Shown one piece after another: positions 48,301 to 60,481 of a DNA stretch of 64,000 nt; position 1 is the stretch's first letter, and each line of letters begins with the position of its first letter. The stretch lies in assembly GCA_020891255.1 (NCBI GenBank), contig BQFW01000013.1:558001-622000 (forward strand), read 5' to 3'. Made by a program: the position numbers and the translations under genes. The stretch is from Entomortierella parvispora E1425 (lineage: Eukaryota; Fungi; Mortierellomycota). The notes under the pieces were generated by a model, which did not search any database, was not told where the DNA came from, and was given only the letters and a program-made list of their open reading frames with translations.

Positions 48301-49690
48301 CTCCAATTCCTTCTAGCACCACCATGTTATCGAGCCCCCCACTAACATCTCATTTCACTTTGACATTAACAACGATCGACATAGGGTGGCGAGGATCTAC
48401 GATTGGACCAACGTATCCAACAATTGTTCAGTTTGATGAACGACATCATGCGAAAGGATCCTCAATGCTCGCGGCAAGACATCAGTATTGGAACTTATAG
48501 TGTGATTCCCATGTCACTTTCTTTGGGTATTCTGGAGTGGGTCGACAACACCGTGCCTCTTCGACACTGCATTGAATCCCAATTATCTCGCAAGGAAATG
48601 TGGAGAAAGGGCTTGGAACAATACTCCAAGTTTATGGACAGCTTCAAGGGCGATATTATGGGTAAGATTGTTGGTCTGCGAAGCATCATGGGCTCTATCT
48701 TCTTGTCGCTAACTTGTTTTAATTTATTCACTTGCTTCTTCACTGCCAGGTTACCCCAACATGTTTATACATGCTAGCCGTGACAAGGTGACAAAGAATC
48801 TGGAGGCCCTGTACAGCTTTTACCGCGAGGATCTTTTGCGGACGTCCATCACGCAACTTGCGGCTTCACCCGAGGCTTTTTTGATGCTGCGGTCAGAATT
48901 TGCAAAGTCCCTGGCGGCTATCAGTGTGTGTTCGTACCTGTTGGGCATTGGCGATCGTCATTTGGAAAACTTTTTGGTGGACAAGTCGACAGGCTGTATG
49001 ATCCCTATTGATTTCGGACACGCGTTCGGATCGGCGACAGAGGTTTTGCCCGTGCCCGAGTTGGTGCCGTTCCGTTTGACGCGTCAGCTCTCGTCATTCT
49101 TGAACCCGCTGGGACCCAAGGGTCTGTTGGAGCACCCGATGGTGTGTATTATGAAGGCGCTACAGAACAAGAAGGACGTCATCCTGAACACCATGGATGT
49201 CTTTGTCAAGGAGCCTTTGCTTGACTGGAGAAAGTTTGCTGTGACCCACGCCAGGCAATTGAGTACGTATTACCGTTCGTTTTCTTTTTTTTACATGATC
49301 AAGAGAGACTTTGCAATACTGACTTTTTTTTTTTTTTTTTTTGTTCAATTAGAAAAACAAGGAGCCGATATGGAATCGTTTGAGATTGATGAGGCCAGTT
49401 TGGATCCCCCAGCATGGTACCTTCAGCAAAAGATGGACAATGCCCGAAAGAAACTCGAAGGGTACAATCCTGCGTACCTGACCGTTTCTGAGCTGAAGAT
49501 GGGGCACAGTGGGAAATCGTTTTACAACTCTGTCGTCAAAATTGCCCTGGGCGACGCACACCTCAATGTTCGAGCCCAGTATGGAGAGGTGTGCCCAAGT
49601 GTCCAGGCCCAGGTCGAGTGTCTCATCGATATGGCCACGGACCCTGATGTGCTGGGTCGATGCTGGTCGGGTTGGCACAGTTGGATCTAA
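33357..49690 (+). CDS. PRKDC: DNA-dependent protein kinase catalytic subunit (PIKK family), dozens of introns
   Basis: The kinase exon YLLGIGDRHLENF...[69 protein letters not shown] and the FATC end DPDVLGRCWSGWHSWI-stop match DNA-PKcs rather than TOR/ATM/ATR. DNA-PKcs-specific motifs include RKYRDGDLPDIQI, TPLFVQTQQSQ, AIRGYGYFAAPCK, RQIKVASCELLHSLVIFMVG and LIHWLTNSAQYENPETVALL. ATG at 33357 (MSTPLDQIR). Confidence 0.97.
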
Positions 49691-50001
49691 AAGACAAAAG
49701 GTGTTGCCACTAATCTCATGCCAAGCTAGTTCATTACAACCCCCCCCCCCCCCCCGTAAATAAATATAAGAAATATGTGTAATTTCCCCCACAGCATCAT
49801 GCTGTTCCGATTCCAGGCTTCAGAGACAGACCAGGGGACCGCGAAACGTCTCCAGGAACGCGCTCTCGCAAGGAAGAAACTGCTTGATGAGCGAATAACA
49901 TTTTTTCATGAGTCGACATGTCTTTTACATGCATTTTTCATCTATAATATGGTTCGAGTACCATTCCGGCGTTTATCTATAACTAGTCATAGTTTCGTCT
50001 C

Positions 50002-52477
50002 TCATGCAGTGGTGATATCCAACAATCTAAAATGTGCGCTTCCAGTCTTGACAATTTGACCGACAGCGCAATTCAGAGTCGAGTTTTGTGCTTGCGTCGC
50101 AGAGGCCTGTTCGAGCGCACGTTTGAATCCAAGGTCCTGAGAAGAGACGCTGATGGTGCCGTCCTGGAGGTATTGTTGGTTGTTCATCTCGATGTGGTCC
50201 AGCGAATAGAGGTAGTTGATCATCATGCCAAAGGACTCTTCCATGCCCTTGGCCGAAGTGTCGCCGAGCCAGTTCAGGCGATGGGCACACGCGCCGTTTC
50301 GGAGATGGAAATTCGCCACGGGGTCCAGTGCCAGATGACGACGCTTCTCCACAAGGATATATCTTGAAAAGAATGAAAATAAGTCATAAAGTCAGTACAT
50401 CTGTGCCTCACTTTTTCTTTTTTCTTTTTTTTTTTTTTTTTCTGTTCTTTGGGAGGGGAGAAAAAAGAGTGGTCATTACCTTCCACAGAGTCGTGACAAA
50501 ATAGGCCGCAAGGCGCCCATGGCCTCACTATCTGAGAACACAGTTTGGTCTTTCAGGATTGCCTATGATCAGAGGAAACAAGAAAAGAAAAGAAGGAACG
50601 ATCTAGTATTAGCAACTCGAGTGTATCCCCATATACAAGACTGCCGAGGCTGATCAATCCAAAAGACGTCACCTTGAACTGCTCTTCTGTGTTTCCAGAG
50701 ACCGACCGTTCATTTCCCAAGCGCGCAATAGTAGACTCTTCCTCGGGTAAGAGCAATCGATGGCCCAAGTTCTGGCTTTGTGTCACCCACCGTCTAAATC
50801 CAGGAATGGGCGACAACGTGCTGAAGGTCTCGATCTGAGGGAACTCGACCTTCAGTGACCGGACCACACGCTTGATCAAAAAGTTTCCGAGTTCAATTCC
50901 AGACAGGCCTGTAGGAAAGAAAAAAAATATATCGAGTTAGGCCATTGACCAATGGGGAATACAGGCTCGACAACATACATGTTTACAATCCAGTCTGAAG
51001 AAAAAAAAATGGTACTTGCCTACTTGAGTTGTGATTGAGTAAAAGATGGCGCACTTGACGGTTTCGGCGGGGTTGGCGTGGCCGGGCGAGGGGTCGTTCA
51101 AGAGATCCTGAACATTGTTTGAGAGCGACTTGACCAAAGCAACCTGGACAAAGACCAGAGGCTCTGTGGGCAAGGATTTGTTCATCAAAGCAAAGACTCT
51201 GCGACCGGGACCCACACGGCGCTTCAAATCCTGAACGTCCTTGAACTTGTGCACAGCTTCATACTGGGTAATCTTTTCCAGCAAAACGGCGGGCGATTGC
51301 CAGGTGAGCCTCTCCAGATCCAGGAATCCCACAAACCACGACTGCAACTTTTCCTTGAGAGATTCGTTCAATGCTGACAAGTAAAAGTCGGATCGGTTCT
51401 GACTCAGAATTGTCTATTGGGGGTACAAAAAAAGGGGGGTTATCAGTTCAATGACTAATACAAAGGGGCATGACCCGAACTCACACAAAAAGTAGTCTCA
51501 TTACAATCAAGTCGTGCCGCATGTCAATCAGGAACTTGAGTCCTCCAGGAAGGCGACTGACGCGATCAAAGAATTTGTTGTGGCCAGGCACAACAGCATG
51601 ACGAAGCAATTGCTCCGCGCGCAACAAGGCTTTGCTCTCGGGTTCTGTTCGGCAGGTTGTTGCATATTGCTCGGCTGCCTTGGCCACATCCTCCTGCAAA
51701 ACGCCTGTCATTGTTCCGATCGAGTAAAAGAGGAGCCAAGATCAGCAAGTTGTTTGTGTTTGAAAAGAATAAAGATTCGACCATCTTTTGAACCCAAAAG
51801 ACGGATTTTCGCCCTCTTACCGAAATCCCGAGCAAGAAGCCGAAGAAAGTCTGTCTTGCCGGTCTGATCCAGCGACGAGAAAAAGTCGCAGCAACTCTTT
51901 GCGATCACACTAGGCAAGATATCGCCCTGACCAGGACGGTCCGTGATGACGGCCAACAAGAGTTTGCGCATGAATTCTGGGTCCTTGACAACAGCTCGGC
52001 TCGACTTTTCCTTGTCAAAGGTGGAGAAGCCCGGCTCGCGGAAATGCTCTGCAATGTCGTTCCAATACCGGTCGACGACCTGTGGTCGCAAAGCCTGCAG
52101 TGTCCCTGAACCTGCATGACTGGAATTATTCCTGCCGTTGCTGCCGTTGTTGTTGTTGTTGTCGTTGTTGTTGGTGGACGAGGCCATGGTTCGCTGCACC
52201 TACAAAATAAAATGGAAGGAGACAAAGAACGAAAAAAAATGTCAAAAAAACGACGGCCCGATCACTGGAAACTCCGTCACTTTGAGCCTGGGAAAAAAAA
52301 AAATTGAAAAAAAGTAAAATGAGCCGCCGAAATCCCCTGAAGAGGTTCAGCAGGAAAATGTACCTGAATGGAAGCAGCGGGAAAAGAAAAACGGAATGTG
52401 TTGGCAGACAGTGGCAATGGCAATGGCCAGGGACGTGATGGTCTCGAGAGTTGGGCGAGAAGGATTCGCCTGGACAT
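50002..52477 (-). CDS. MLYCD: Malonyl-CoA decarboxylase (multi-exon) with a mitochondrial-type presequence
   Basis: [12 protein letters not shown]...[13 protein letters not shown]...[30 protein letters not shown]...[13 protein letters not shown] and [24 protein letters not shown]...MINYLYSL are the canonical MCD motifs. The N-terminus [16 protein letters not shown] is Arg-rich and free of acidic residues. Confidence 0.96.
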
Positions 52478-53099
52478 TGCTCTTTGGAAAAGCTGGATAG
52501 AAAAACGACTAGATGGGAGCAGGTAGCTGGCAGGTTGGGGTCATTCACAAAGGCGGGTTTGCAGATGTGGTGGGAGGATGGATGGATGGAAGAATTAAGA
52601 TGAGAATGGAGCGAGAAGGAGAGCGATGAGAAGAGAAGAGAGAGGAGAGGAGAGGAGAGGAGAGGAGAGGATGAAGGACAGAGAGAAAGAGAATGTCAAA
52701 AGAGGATGGCGAATGACAATGACAGAAGGTGGAGAAGCGGGGAACCGCGACACTCAATCTCTCTTTTTTCACACTCCCCTCGCGCACGCGCGCGCGCACG
52801 GGGCGACAGAAAGAGTGTTCCAAAATTATTTATTTTCATTTTTGTTTGTTTGTTTCCTTCCTTCCTTCCTTCCTTCCTTCCTTCCTTCCTTCCTTCTCTC
52901 CCTTCTTCACTCTTTCCTTGCTTCCTCTCATCCTTCCTTCTTTGTCTTTTCCTCTTCTCTCCTTTTCCCACCCGTCATCGCTGAGCCCTGCTTCTCCTCT
53001 GCCTTTGGCTCCCCTTTTCCTCTTTTGCTAATCAGCCCCAGTCCTCTTCTTCCCTATCAATATCACCACTGTTCTCTTTCTGCACTATCACGGGCCACC

Positions 53100-55682
53100 A
53101 TGGTCGTCTCCTACCCTGCTCCCTCGCCATCTCCCTCTCCTCCACCTTCACATCTCGCGCCTCTACCGCAAGAATGCCTCGAATCGATCATCGCATGTCT
53201 CCGCTACGATCTCCCTTCACTCCACGCCTTGCTGCTTGTCTCACGCCAGTTCTTTCAATTGACCGTTCCAGTTTTATACAAGAGTCCCTTCCGTCTTGCC
53301 GTCGCCTTTCGCGACCCTCCCATCTGGGCCTCGCGTTCATTCGCCACCCTGTATCGCTCCGAGGCCTCCATGGATCACTCTCTTGGCAGGATCAAACGCC
53401 TCACTCGCCTGCTTATCCAAAACTTGCAGATCCCTCCACCGGGTCAACAACGCCCTCCCCCACCTTCCCCTTCCATCCTTGATGACTCTTCAGGCATGGA
53501 GAATCTCCAACCGCTGATCCCCCCTTTTGTAGATCAACCTTCGACTTGGCTCCGGAACCCTAATCATCGACCCGAGGACGTCGAGAATATGTGGCCTCCC
53601 TTCAATCCTGACAGCGTTCTCTCCAATGTGGAACAGGATAATGGTGTGTCGGCCTCTGCAGAAATCCACATGGAACCAGGCGCCGATCTAATCAGCTTTG
53701 ATAGCGACTGGGAAGACGACGAAAGAAAGGGACAGACGATGGCGGGATCGATATCGAATCGAAATCAGCAGCCCGCCAACAGCAGCAGTAGCGGCGGCCG
53801 CGGCCGCGGCAACAACGGCAGTCCGCGACATGCGTCCGGTCTGCTCATGGACTACTTTTATTTTTACTCGGATCATGACCACCGTCGGATTCGGGCCGTT
53901 ATTCGTCAAATATACCCAGGGGCTGGAAGGCGTGCTTATGACAAGTACCTGGCCGACATTGAGCTGGCCATCTTGCAACACAGCCCATCCAAAGTCGAGA
54001 CCCTTCATATCCACGACGTCATTCCAGTAGTCCCCCACCTCCTTGCCCACTTGGACTCGTTCAGCAAAATCTCATCTGTTGTGTTACATGATGCTGTTTG
54101 GACTCATGAGGAACTGATCCTGGTGCATCAGTTTCTTGTCAGATACGCGGCCATGTTTCCTGCAGCCGCATCTCGCGCTCTTGAATATCCGTCACTGGAA
54201 GACCCTCAACATTGGACATTTCTGAGGCGTTCAGCTTTTAGGAACCCGGCTATCCGTAGTCTGAAATACGCCAGCAGTCGTGCCCATGGCGATGGTGCCC
54301 GTATCAACGGCCAGGAATTTGATCCGATCCAACTGCTTCAAGCGCTTGGACCCGGCGTGGAAACAGTGGACATTGTCCATTGGGCCACCACCACCTTGGC
54401 CCAGCTCGACACTTTGGATGCAGGGGCACTGATCTCCTTGCGGATTACGCCTCTCATGACCCTGTATGAGGACGCTGCTTTCAGTCGCCACGAGTTTCTG
54501 TCAAGATGTCGACGGCTTCGACATTTGGACCTGTTTAGCAGTTCAAGGGACATGTTTGGATGGGCTGTGGCAGAATGGGATAGGGAGCATCCGCAGGGAT
54601 CGTCGACTTTGGAACCGCTACCTTCCACAAAACAAATTCGGCATTCACTGGTACAGATGAGGCATCTTCGCGTTCGGGGTCCAAGGGACAGCGTGGTGTA
54701 TGATATCATCAGGGATGCTCTTTATGGCTTTCGGGATTCACTCCAGGTGTTGCAAGTTCACTCGGATTTGGCACATGTGGGAGAACCCGAGTGGATGGAT
54801 CGTATCGGGACTTTTACAACTGGCAAGATGTTTGCACAGCAGCGTGAGGAACTGCGGCGTCAGTGGCAACAGCCTGAAGGCACTCGACCTTTGGCGCCGA
54901 ACGATCATGAGAGCTACAAAGCAATGTCTTCGATTGATGCCGGACCTCTGTTGATCCAATGGCGCGTCTCTTGTCTGTCGACTCTGGAACTGTCGGGACC
55001 GATCGCCTCTGAGCTGGATCTGGAATCGTTGATGTTCATGCCCAATCTGAGTGTCCTTGGATTGTCCATCGTACAGGCTCCGGCCAATCCCAGAACTGGA
55101 AATCGGGCCGGCAAGGCACCGAGCAATCTGACCTACTTGCCCTATGTGACAGGTCCTCGCCTACAGAGAGTTCTTCTTCGAGGGCCGTGGCGTGAATTGA
55201 CGGATGAGACTCTCTGGGACATGGTATGCCCCGATGTTGATTTTCAGTCCAGTCGACCCTTGGAGGAAAGCGTTGATAACATGGACGATGATGATGACGA
55301 CGATGTCGACGACCGCTTGGACGCTGAAGGAAATGAAGCAGAGACAGAACGCGGCCACTGTGGGGAATGGGCAGAACAACTGCTGGAGCTGAGCGTCCTA
55401 GACAACCCTCGTGTGACCGTGCCTGTGATGATTCAGCTGGCTAAACGAATGAAGCGACTGGAGGTCATGGGCACGGACCTGAACATGAGGTCTTTCTCGG
55501 TCCAACAATGGCAGAGTCGCACCTCCAACGTGCGGACAAACCCCATGAGCAACCATTATGGCCAGGATCCGGAATCGCAGGCGCGTCGACTGTTGCTCAA
55601 AATGAGCGCCAAGTTCCCCTCGCTGGATATAGGCCCCGATGCCAATCATCTCGGCAGGAGTTCCCGTCGTGACAAGCCATAA
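53100..55682 (+). CDS. F-box-like / RNI-LRR-like protein (intronless, 860 aa)
   Basis: ATG 53100 follows a CT-rich leader. LPQECLESIIACLRYDLPSLHALLLVSRQFFQLTVPVLYKSPF is an F-box-like N-terminal motif; the downstream region has degenerate LRR-like repeats (LSRCRRLRHLDL, MRHLRV, LSTLELSG, MPNLSVLGL, LQRVLLRG). Confidence 0.8.
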   Translation: MVVSYPAPSPSPSPPPSHLAPLPQECLESIIACLRYDLPSLHALLLVSRQFFQLTVPVLYKSPFRLAVAFRDPPIWASRSFATLYRSEASMDHSLGRIKRLTRLLIQNLQIPPPGQQRPPPPSPSILDDSSGMENLQPLIPPFVDQPSTWLRNPNHRPEDVENMWPPFNPDSVLSNVEQDNGVSASAEIHMEPGADLISFDSDWEDDERKGQTMAGSISNRNQQPANSSSSGGRGRGNNGSPRHASGLLMDYFYFYSDHDHRRIRAVIRQIYPGAGRRAYDKYLADIELAILQHSPSKVETLHIHDVIPVVPHLLAHLDSFSKISSVVLHDAVWTHEELILVHQFLVRYAAMFPAAASRALEYPSLEDPQHWTFLRRSAFRNPAIRSLKYASSRAHGDGARINGQEFDPIQLLQALGPGVETVDIVHWATTTLAQLDTLDAGALISLRITPLMTLYEDAAFSRHEFLSRCRRLRHLDLFSSSRDMFGWAVAEWDREHPQGSSTLEPLPSTKQIRHSLVQMRHLRVRGPRDSVVYDIIRDALYGFRDSLQVLQVHSDLAHVGEPEWMDRIGTFTTGKMFAQQREELRRQWQQPEGTRPLAPNDHESYKAMSSIDAGPLLIQWRVSCLSTLELSGPIASELDLESLMFMPNLSVLGLSIVQAPANPRTGNRAGKAPSNLTYLPYVTGPRLQRVLLRGPWRELTDETLWDMVCPDVDFQSSRPLEESVDNMDDDDDDDVDDRLDAEGNEAETERGHCGEWAEQLLELSVLDNPRVTVPVMIQLAKRMKRLEVMGTDLNMRSFSVQQWQSRTSNVRTNPMSNHYGQDPESQARRLLLKMSAKFPSLDIGPDANHLGRSSRRDKP

Positions 55683-56114
55683 ACCGTGATACATATACCC
55701 TCACGGCCATGAGTTATCCCATCGCATCATGAAAAGCTTGCGCACCTCATCATATCAACTGCCACCCACCGAGAGAATCCTTCCCAACCCTTTCCCCTCC
55801 CCTCCGTTGAGTAGTTTCAGTGCCATTTAGGGAGGAATTGTCCTAGCCTTGTGTAAATATCGCCCTCCTTTTCTTGTGGCACCTAGGCGCGTGCCACATT
55901 CCACGACAACGCATCATACAATAAAAAGCATGCTACCCAGACTTGTCTGCTTTGAACCGGAGGTTTTTCCTGACTTTGGGAGAAAATGCAGGTACAAGTT
56001 CTGTAGGACGAGAAGCCTCTCCAGTCCTATGGGGATTCATCACTTGTTATTTTTTTTTATTACTAAGTTTTGAGAAACCCAAAGGGAAAAATGGACTTGT
56101 ATTTCCACTCTATT

Positions 56115-57001
56115 TTAGAACAGAGCTAGCATGGACAACAAGAGGACAGTCAGAGCCACATAGGAACCACTAGAACCTTCGAACGTTAGGCTTCGAATCC
56201 CGCCACTAGTCAAGATAGTCGGGACGATCAAAGGCGCGCCACAGGAACAAGGGCTTGAACCAGTCGAGTTCTGGAAGACCCTGCCCTGGGCCACACATTG
56301 TTCCTGAATATCATTGCAAGTCGCTGGTGTTGCCGTGGGTAGTTGAGAGGTTGTGGTTGTTGTCGTTGGCGCTATTGTTGTTGTAGTAGGGGGCACTGTT
56401 GTTGTGTTGCCTAGGAAATTGAATAAAAAAAATAAAATAAAAAAATTCAGGTACGGTCCTTCTTTTGACGCACTAGAGCAAACATGAGGGAGAGATAAGG
56501 GGGCAGGGGAGGACACTCTACTCTACCTGCAATGATCTGGAACTTCGAGGAACTTGCGCTATCCGGAAAAAGGGTGCCGCCTTCTGACGCATAAACCCAG
56601 TATGCAGAACCGGGAGGTATATTCATGGGGACAATCCAACTTGTGATATCAAGCGAGACGCTTGTTGCAGTGCTGTTGAAGGGAATCAAGAGCTGTAGTC
56701 GATCTGCAATTGTGGCGACTGTATTGCAGCTACCAATAAGAAAAGTTGATGTGCACAAGTTGACGGTCAAGAGATTGTCTGTAGGCGTTGTGGTGGCAGT
56801 GGCCTTTTTTGTCGAGACGAGACCGACGAGAGCAGGCTGACCGGTCGTCCATAAGGCGTTGGCTGTGGGTGCAGTGATCGAGTAGGCGTGGGCAAGGTGG
56901 GCCGAGAGGGAGAGGTGTAGGGAGATTAAGAGAAGAAAAAAAAGCGAACGGCTGGAGGGCGAGGACAACCGTTGCTGTGGTGATGTCGTCTGTGGGGCCA
57001 T
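56115..57001 (-). CDS. Secreted, probably GPI-anchored Ser/Thr-rich cell-surface protein (2 exons)
   Basis: Hydrophobic signal (SLFFLLLISLHLSLSAHLAHA), then YSITAPTANALWTTGQPA...SSSKFQI (resembles the Kre9/GPI-anchored superfamily domain), a Thr-rich stalk, a small Cys motif and a hydrophobic C-terminal tail SYVALTVLLLSMLALF. Confidence 0.8.
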
Positions 57002-57556
57002 GACTGGGGTATAAGTGCAGGTGGAGCGAAGCGAGGCGAGGTGGAGGATGTCTTGGTTCTTGGTGGCAAAACTTAGTTTTTCTGTCCCTGGTTCCTGAGA
57101 TTAGTTTACGCAAAGAGATGATGGTGTTTGAGTAACGATGAGGAGGGAACAAGAGAGGATGGATGGAGGAATGAAATGGAATGGAATGCAGAGAGATGAA
57201 TGAGAAAGAAAAAAAGACAGTTGCGGAGAAAGGAGATGTTCACTTTCACGGCGGTGCTCTCGCTAGCACCACCCAACGGAGAGAGAGCCCAGAATGATAT
57301 TATTATGATCGTAATTTCATATGCATTCATAATTATAATTTTGCATTGCACATGACGCACACTGACCCTGCATGAAAACCTTTGTGTTTTTGACAATTGC
57401 CTTTTTTTTTTCTAGCCTTTTGCGAAGATCCCTTCGCGTCCACTATAGTCACTATCGACTGCATGAATGGGTGTGTTCTCTGTTGCGAAAAGAAACTACA
57501 AAAAAAAGGGCTCCTTCCATCTTTTTTTTTTTATTATTATTCAAAATTCAAGAGAT

Positions 57557-59834
57557 TTATCCGGAATGCTCGACTGCAGTGGTAACAACCCTGCCATCGA
57601 CAATCTTGGTCAAGAACTGCTCAGGCACAGGTCTCTCCAAGAAATCGCCGTCCTCCTCGTCTGGTGGTGTCAAAATGTTCACGGCCGAGCACTTGGACGT
57701 CAAAACCTCGACATCCAAGCAATCCTTGGACAGATACACCATGCAAGAGTCCACCTTGTCCAAGCTGACAGTCGGTGCCCGTCCCAAGATTTGAACCTGC
57801 ACAGACTTTGAGTTCACAACATCCAACTGAGAAATCAAGGACTCCACGCAAAGTCCTGTCTTTGAGCAGGAATCCATGGCAATGGTCGTGACCTTGTTCT
57901 TGACCAGGATGGTCGAGTTTTTGCAGCCGTAGATGTAAACAGAGTGGTTGAGCTCTACAGCATCCAGCACAACTTCGTTGTTGTTTTCAAAGTTTTCCTA
58001 AAAGAAAAAAAAGGGTCTTTGTTAGTGAATCAACTCTCAAATAACAAACTCGATCTATTCTCTATTGGCAAATGGAATGTTAAAAGTTCACTTACAACAA
58101 CCCACTTGTTGCCCTCGAGAGCCAGCTTTGGGGGCTTCTTAAGAGTCAAGGATGCAGGCTTGGGTGGAGCACCAGGTCCAGCTCTCTTGGGAGATCCTGG
58201 CTTGCCTAGATGATCAAATATAGGTTAATTGGTGATCTTGATTGGAATATGTTTTCCTTCAGTCTATCCAGGCGAGAAGAATCGACTTACCACCAGCTGT
58301 GACCATGCCGGAAGCACGAAGCTCTGGGTTCTTGTGTGTCATCTTGCTCTTATCCACCTTGCGCAATCCAGCTGTGATAGCCTCTCCCTGGTTCAACTGG
58401 GCGAAAACTGCCGACATGTCATTCTCCGTAGGCTTCTTGGCAGGAGCTGCATCGAACATTGGTGGGGGGGGTGGGGGGGGAGGTGGTGGTGGTGGTCCAC
58501 CAGCTGAAGGTGCAGGTGCTGGGGGAGCTGTGGCGGCGGCGGTGGGTGCAGCAGCAGCAGCAGCAGCGCGACCGACGTTGCTGCTATCCAAAACGGTGCC
58601 CTGAAACGCGATAGGAAAAACTCCAATATTAGAAACAAAATCTCCTTTGCTCCATGGTCGAGATCTACAGCATGTCTTGTCATGCACCACCCTTTCAAGT
58701 TATTTACCTTTGGATTCCAGACAAGTCCGGTGGTGTGGAACTTGCGAACGTAGGTCTGAAGCTCAGTCAGCAAGTGCATGTAGGAGCGAACCCAGAGAAC
58801 GTGGTTCTGATCTCTATTCCAACACAGGGTAGCGGAAAACAGTTTGTTAGAACGACCCAGGAAAAAAAGGACTTGCTATCACTCTATCCACAAGGTCTTA
58901 ACCCCCCCCCCCCTTACTTTTCCTTCCAGTCCTTCACAACACGGTTAGCAAAGAACTGGGCGCTGTCCTTCATCTCGCCAACGAATGGGGCGGGCTTGGG
59001 CTCCTAAAGAAATGAAGATCAAGAGCTTTTAGATATGGAAATTTGACTTTATAAAACAAGTTGTGGATGAACAGGCCCCAGCCAGTCAACCCTCGGATGT
59101 GAAAAAAAAACCTTGCATTGACCAAAAATAACTTACGATGGCTACCCAACCAAGTGCGCTGATACCCTCGGCCACAGTAGTCAGGTGGCTGGCCAAGGGG
59201 TTGGATCTGTTTCTCTCTCGAACCTCGTTCACCTTGACCAGCTCGGCCTGAGTAGGCTCCAACAACTGGCGGAAGACGTCAGAGGTCAAAGGAGGCTTCT
59301 GGCTGGAGGTCGCGATCAAGATCATATCTCTCTGGGCAGCAAACAAACTAAAGACATAGCCAGCCTAGATTTGAGAAGTGGTTTTCCGTGGGAAATCAAA
59401 TCGGTGTAGGTTAGATTCCTCTTCTTTTTCATTCTTCAGCTGACGCGTCCATCCTCCTGCCAGTCATGCCTCCATGATTGTGGTCCTGTGGTTGCAAATA
59501 GGAGCCAGAAAGAAGGGCAAAAGGGTCTTACCTGCTCCTCCACCACACCGCCAACGGTTTTACTCAGGTTGAAATAGCTCTTGAGGGGACCGTCAACAAG
59601 CTCATCAAAGCCCTCGACCTGAGGATGGCTGACATCCTGGGCACCAGCAGCGCCAGCGGGGGCGCGTTCGGCGAGCTGAGAGAGCTGGCCCTGGGGTGCA
59701 TGGGCGCCACTGTTGCCGGTGAGTGAAGACGAGACATTCGACGCGGAGGCGCCGGCCATGGCCAGGTCCTCGAGTTTGGTGGTTGCGGCCTCGAGACGCT
59801 TCAGGAGCGTGGAGAGCGAGGATATCTCTGCCAT
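57557..59834 (-). CDS. SRV2: Adenylyl cyclase-associated protein CAP/Srv2 (multi-exon)
   Basis: N-terminal RLE motif (LLKRLEAATTKLEDLA), HFD segment (NHLTTVAEGISALGWVA-like), poly-Pro, WH2 region MSAVFAQLNQGEAITAGLRKVDKSKMTHKNPELR, and the C-terminal beta-helix (HSVYIYGCKNSTI...KCSAVNIL...ERPVPEQFLTKI). Confidence 0.98.
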
Positions 59835-60481
59835 TTGAAAAAGATGGATGGATGTGAAGGGCGAGGGTGAGGGTGAGTGATGGAGAGATGGAAAAGAGGA
59901 ATGAATGCCCGCTTCATATTTTATGAAGGTGGAGGAGTGGAGAGTGGAACAGGCAATGTTCGCTGTGACGTTTTTCTGCGCGTAAATAGGTTCGGGTAAT
60001 TTAGACGAGGTATTTTTCAGGGGTAGCACTAGCAGACTATTGTAGCGTGGCTATTCCAACTATTCCAGGCAGGTCCCATGTGCGCACCTTGGGTCGGTCG
60101 CGTTCTGTCCTTGCTTGCTTGTTTGTTGTTCCGCCCCTTTTCTCTCTTGTCGAGAAGGGTGCATGGTGGCCCTTGCTTGCCCCTTGGTCGCTCGGACGGT
60201 CGGACGGTCGGACAAGCACCCTCCTGACTGACAACCTGACCGTGCTCTTTCCTTTCTTTCTTCCTTTCGTCCCCTCTTCCTTCTTGCCTTCCCTTTTTTT
60301 TTTCTTTTCCCTATTTCCTTTCTTCTCTTTTCACCTTCTTTTCTCTTCCCTTCCCTTCCCTTCCCTTCCTCCTCACTCTTTCTTGCTTCTCTCCTTCTCT
60401 TCTTCTCTTCCTCTCACTCGCTTCTACTCACACAACCAGTACTCACTCTTAAAAAGGCGCTCCATCCTATTGGCAGCAACA

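Noticed and set aside
49740-50059. C16 homopolymer and a 94-aa plus-strand ORF between the convergent DNA-PKcs and MLYCD 3' ends
   Set aside because: Short ORF in overlapping 3' UTR space with no motif; homopolymers are common in this genome.
52626-53099. In-frame upstream extensions of the F-box ORF (and of the MARVEL ORF at 60047-60481)
   Set aside because: They begin at weak starts and translate CT/GA-rich UTR into Phe/Leu/Ser runs; the downstream ATGs have good context.
56192-56203. TTCGAATCCCGC T-loop-like motif
   Set aside because: It lies in a coding exon on the opposite strand, with no A-box or cloverleaf upstream; not a tRNA.
28-59834. Ras2 and CAP/Srv2 (same signalling pathway) in one window
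   Set aside because: They are about 57 kb apart with unrelated genes between; no evidence of a functional cluster.
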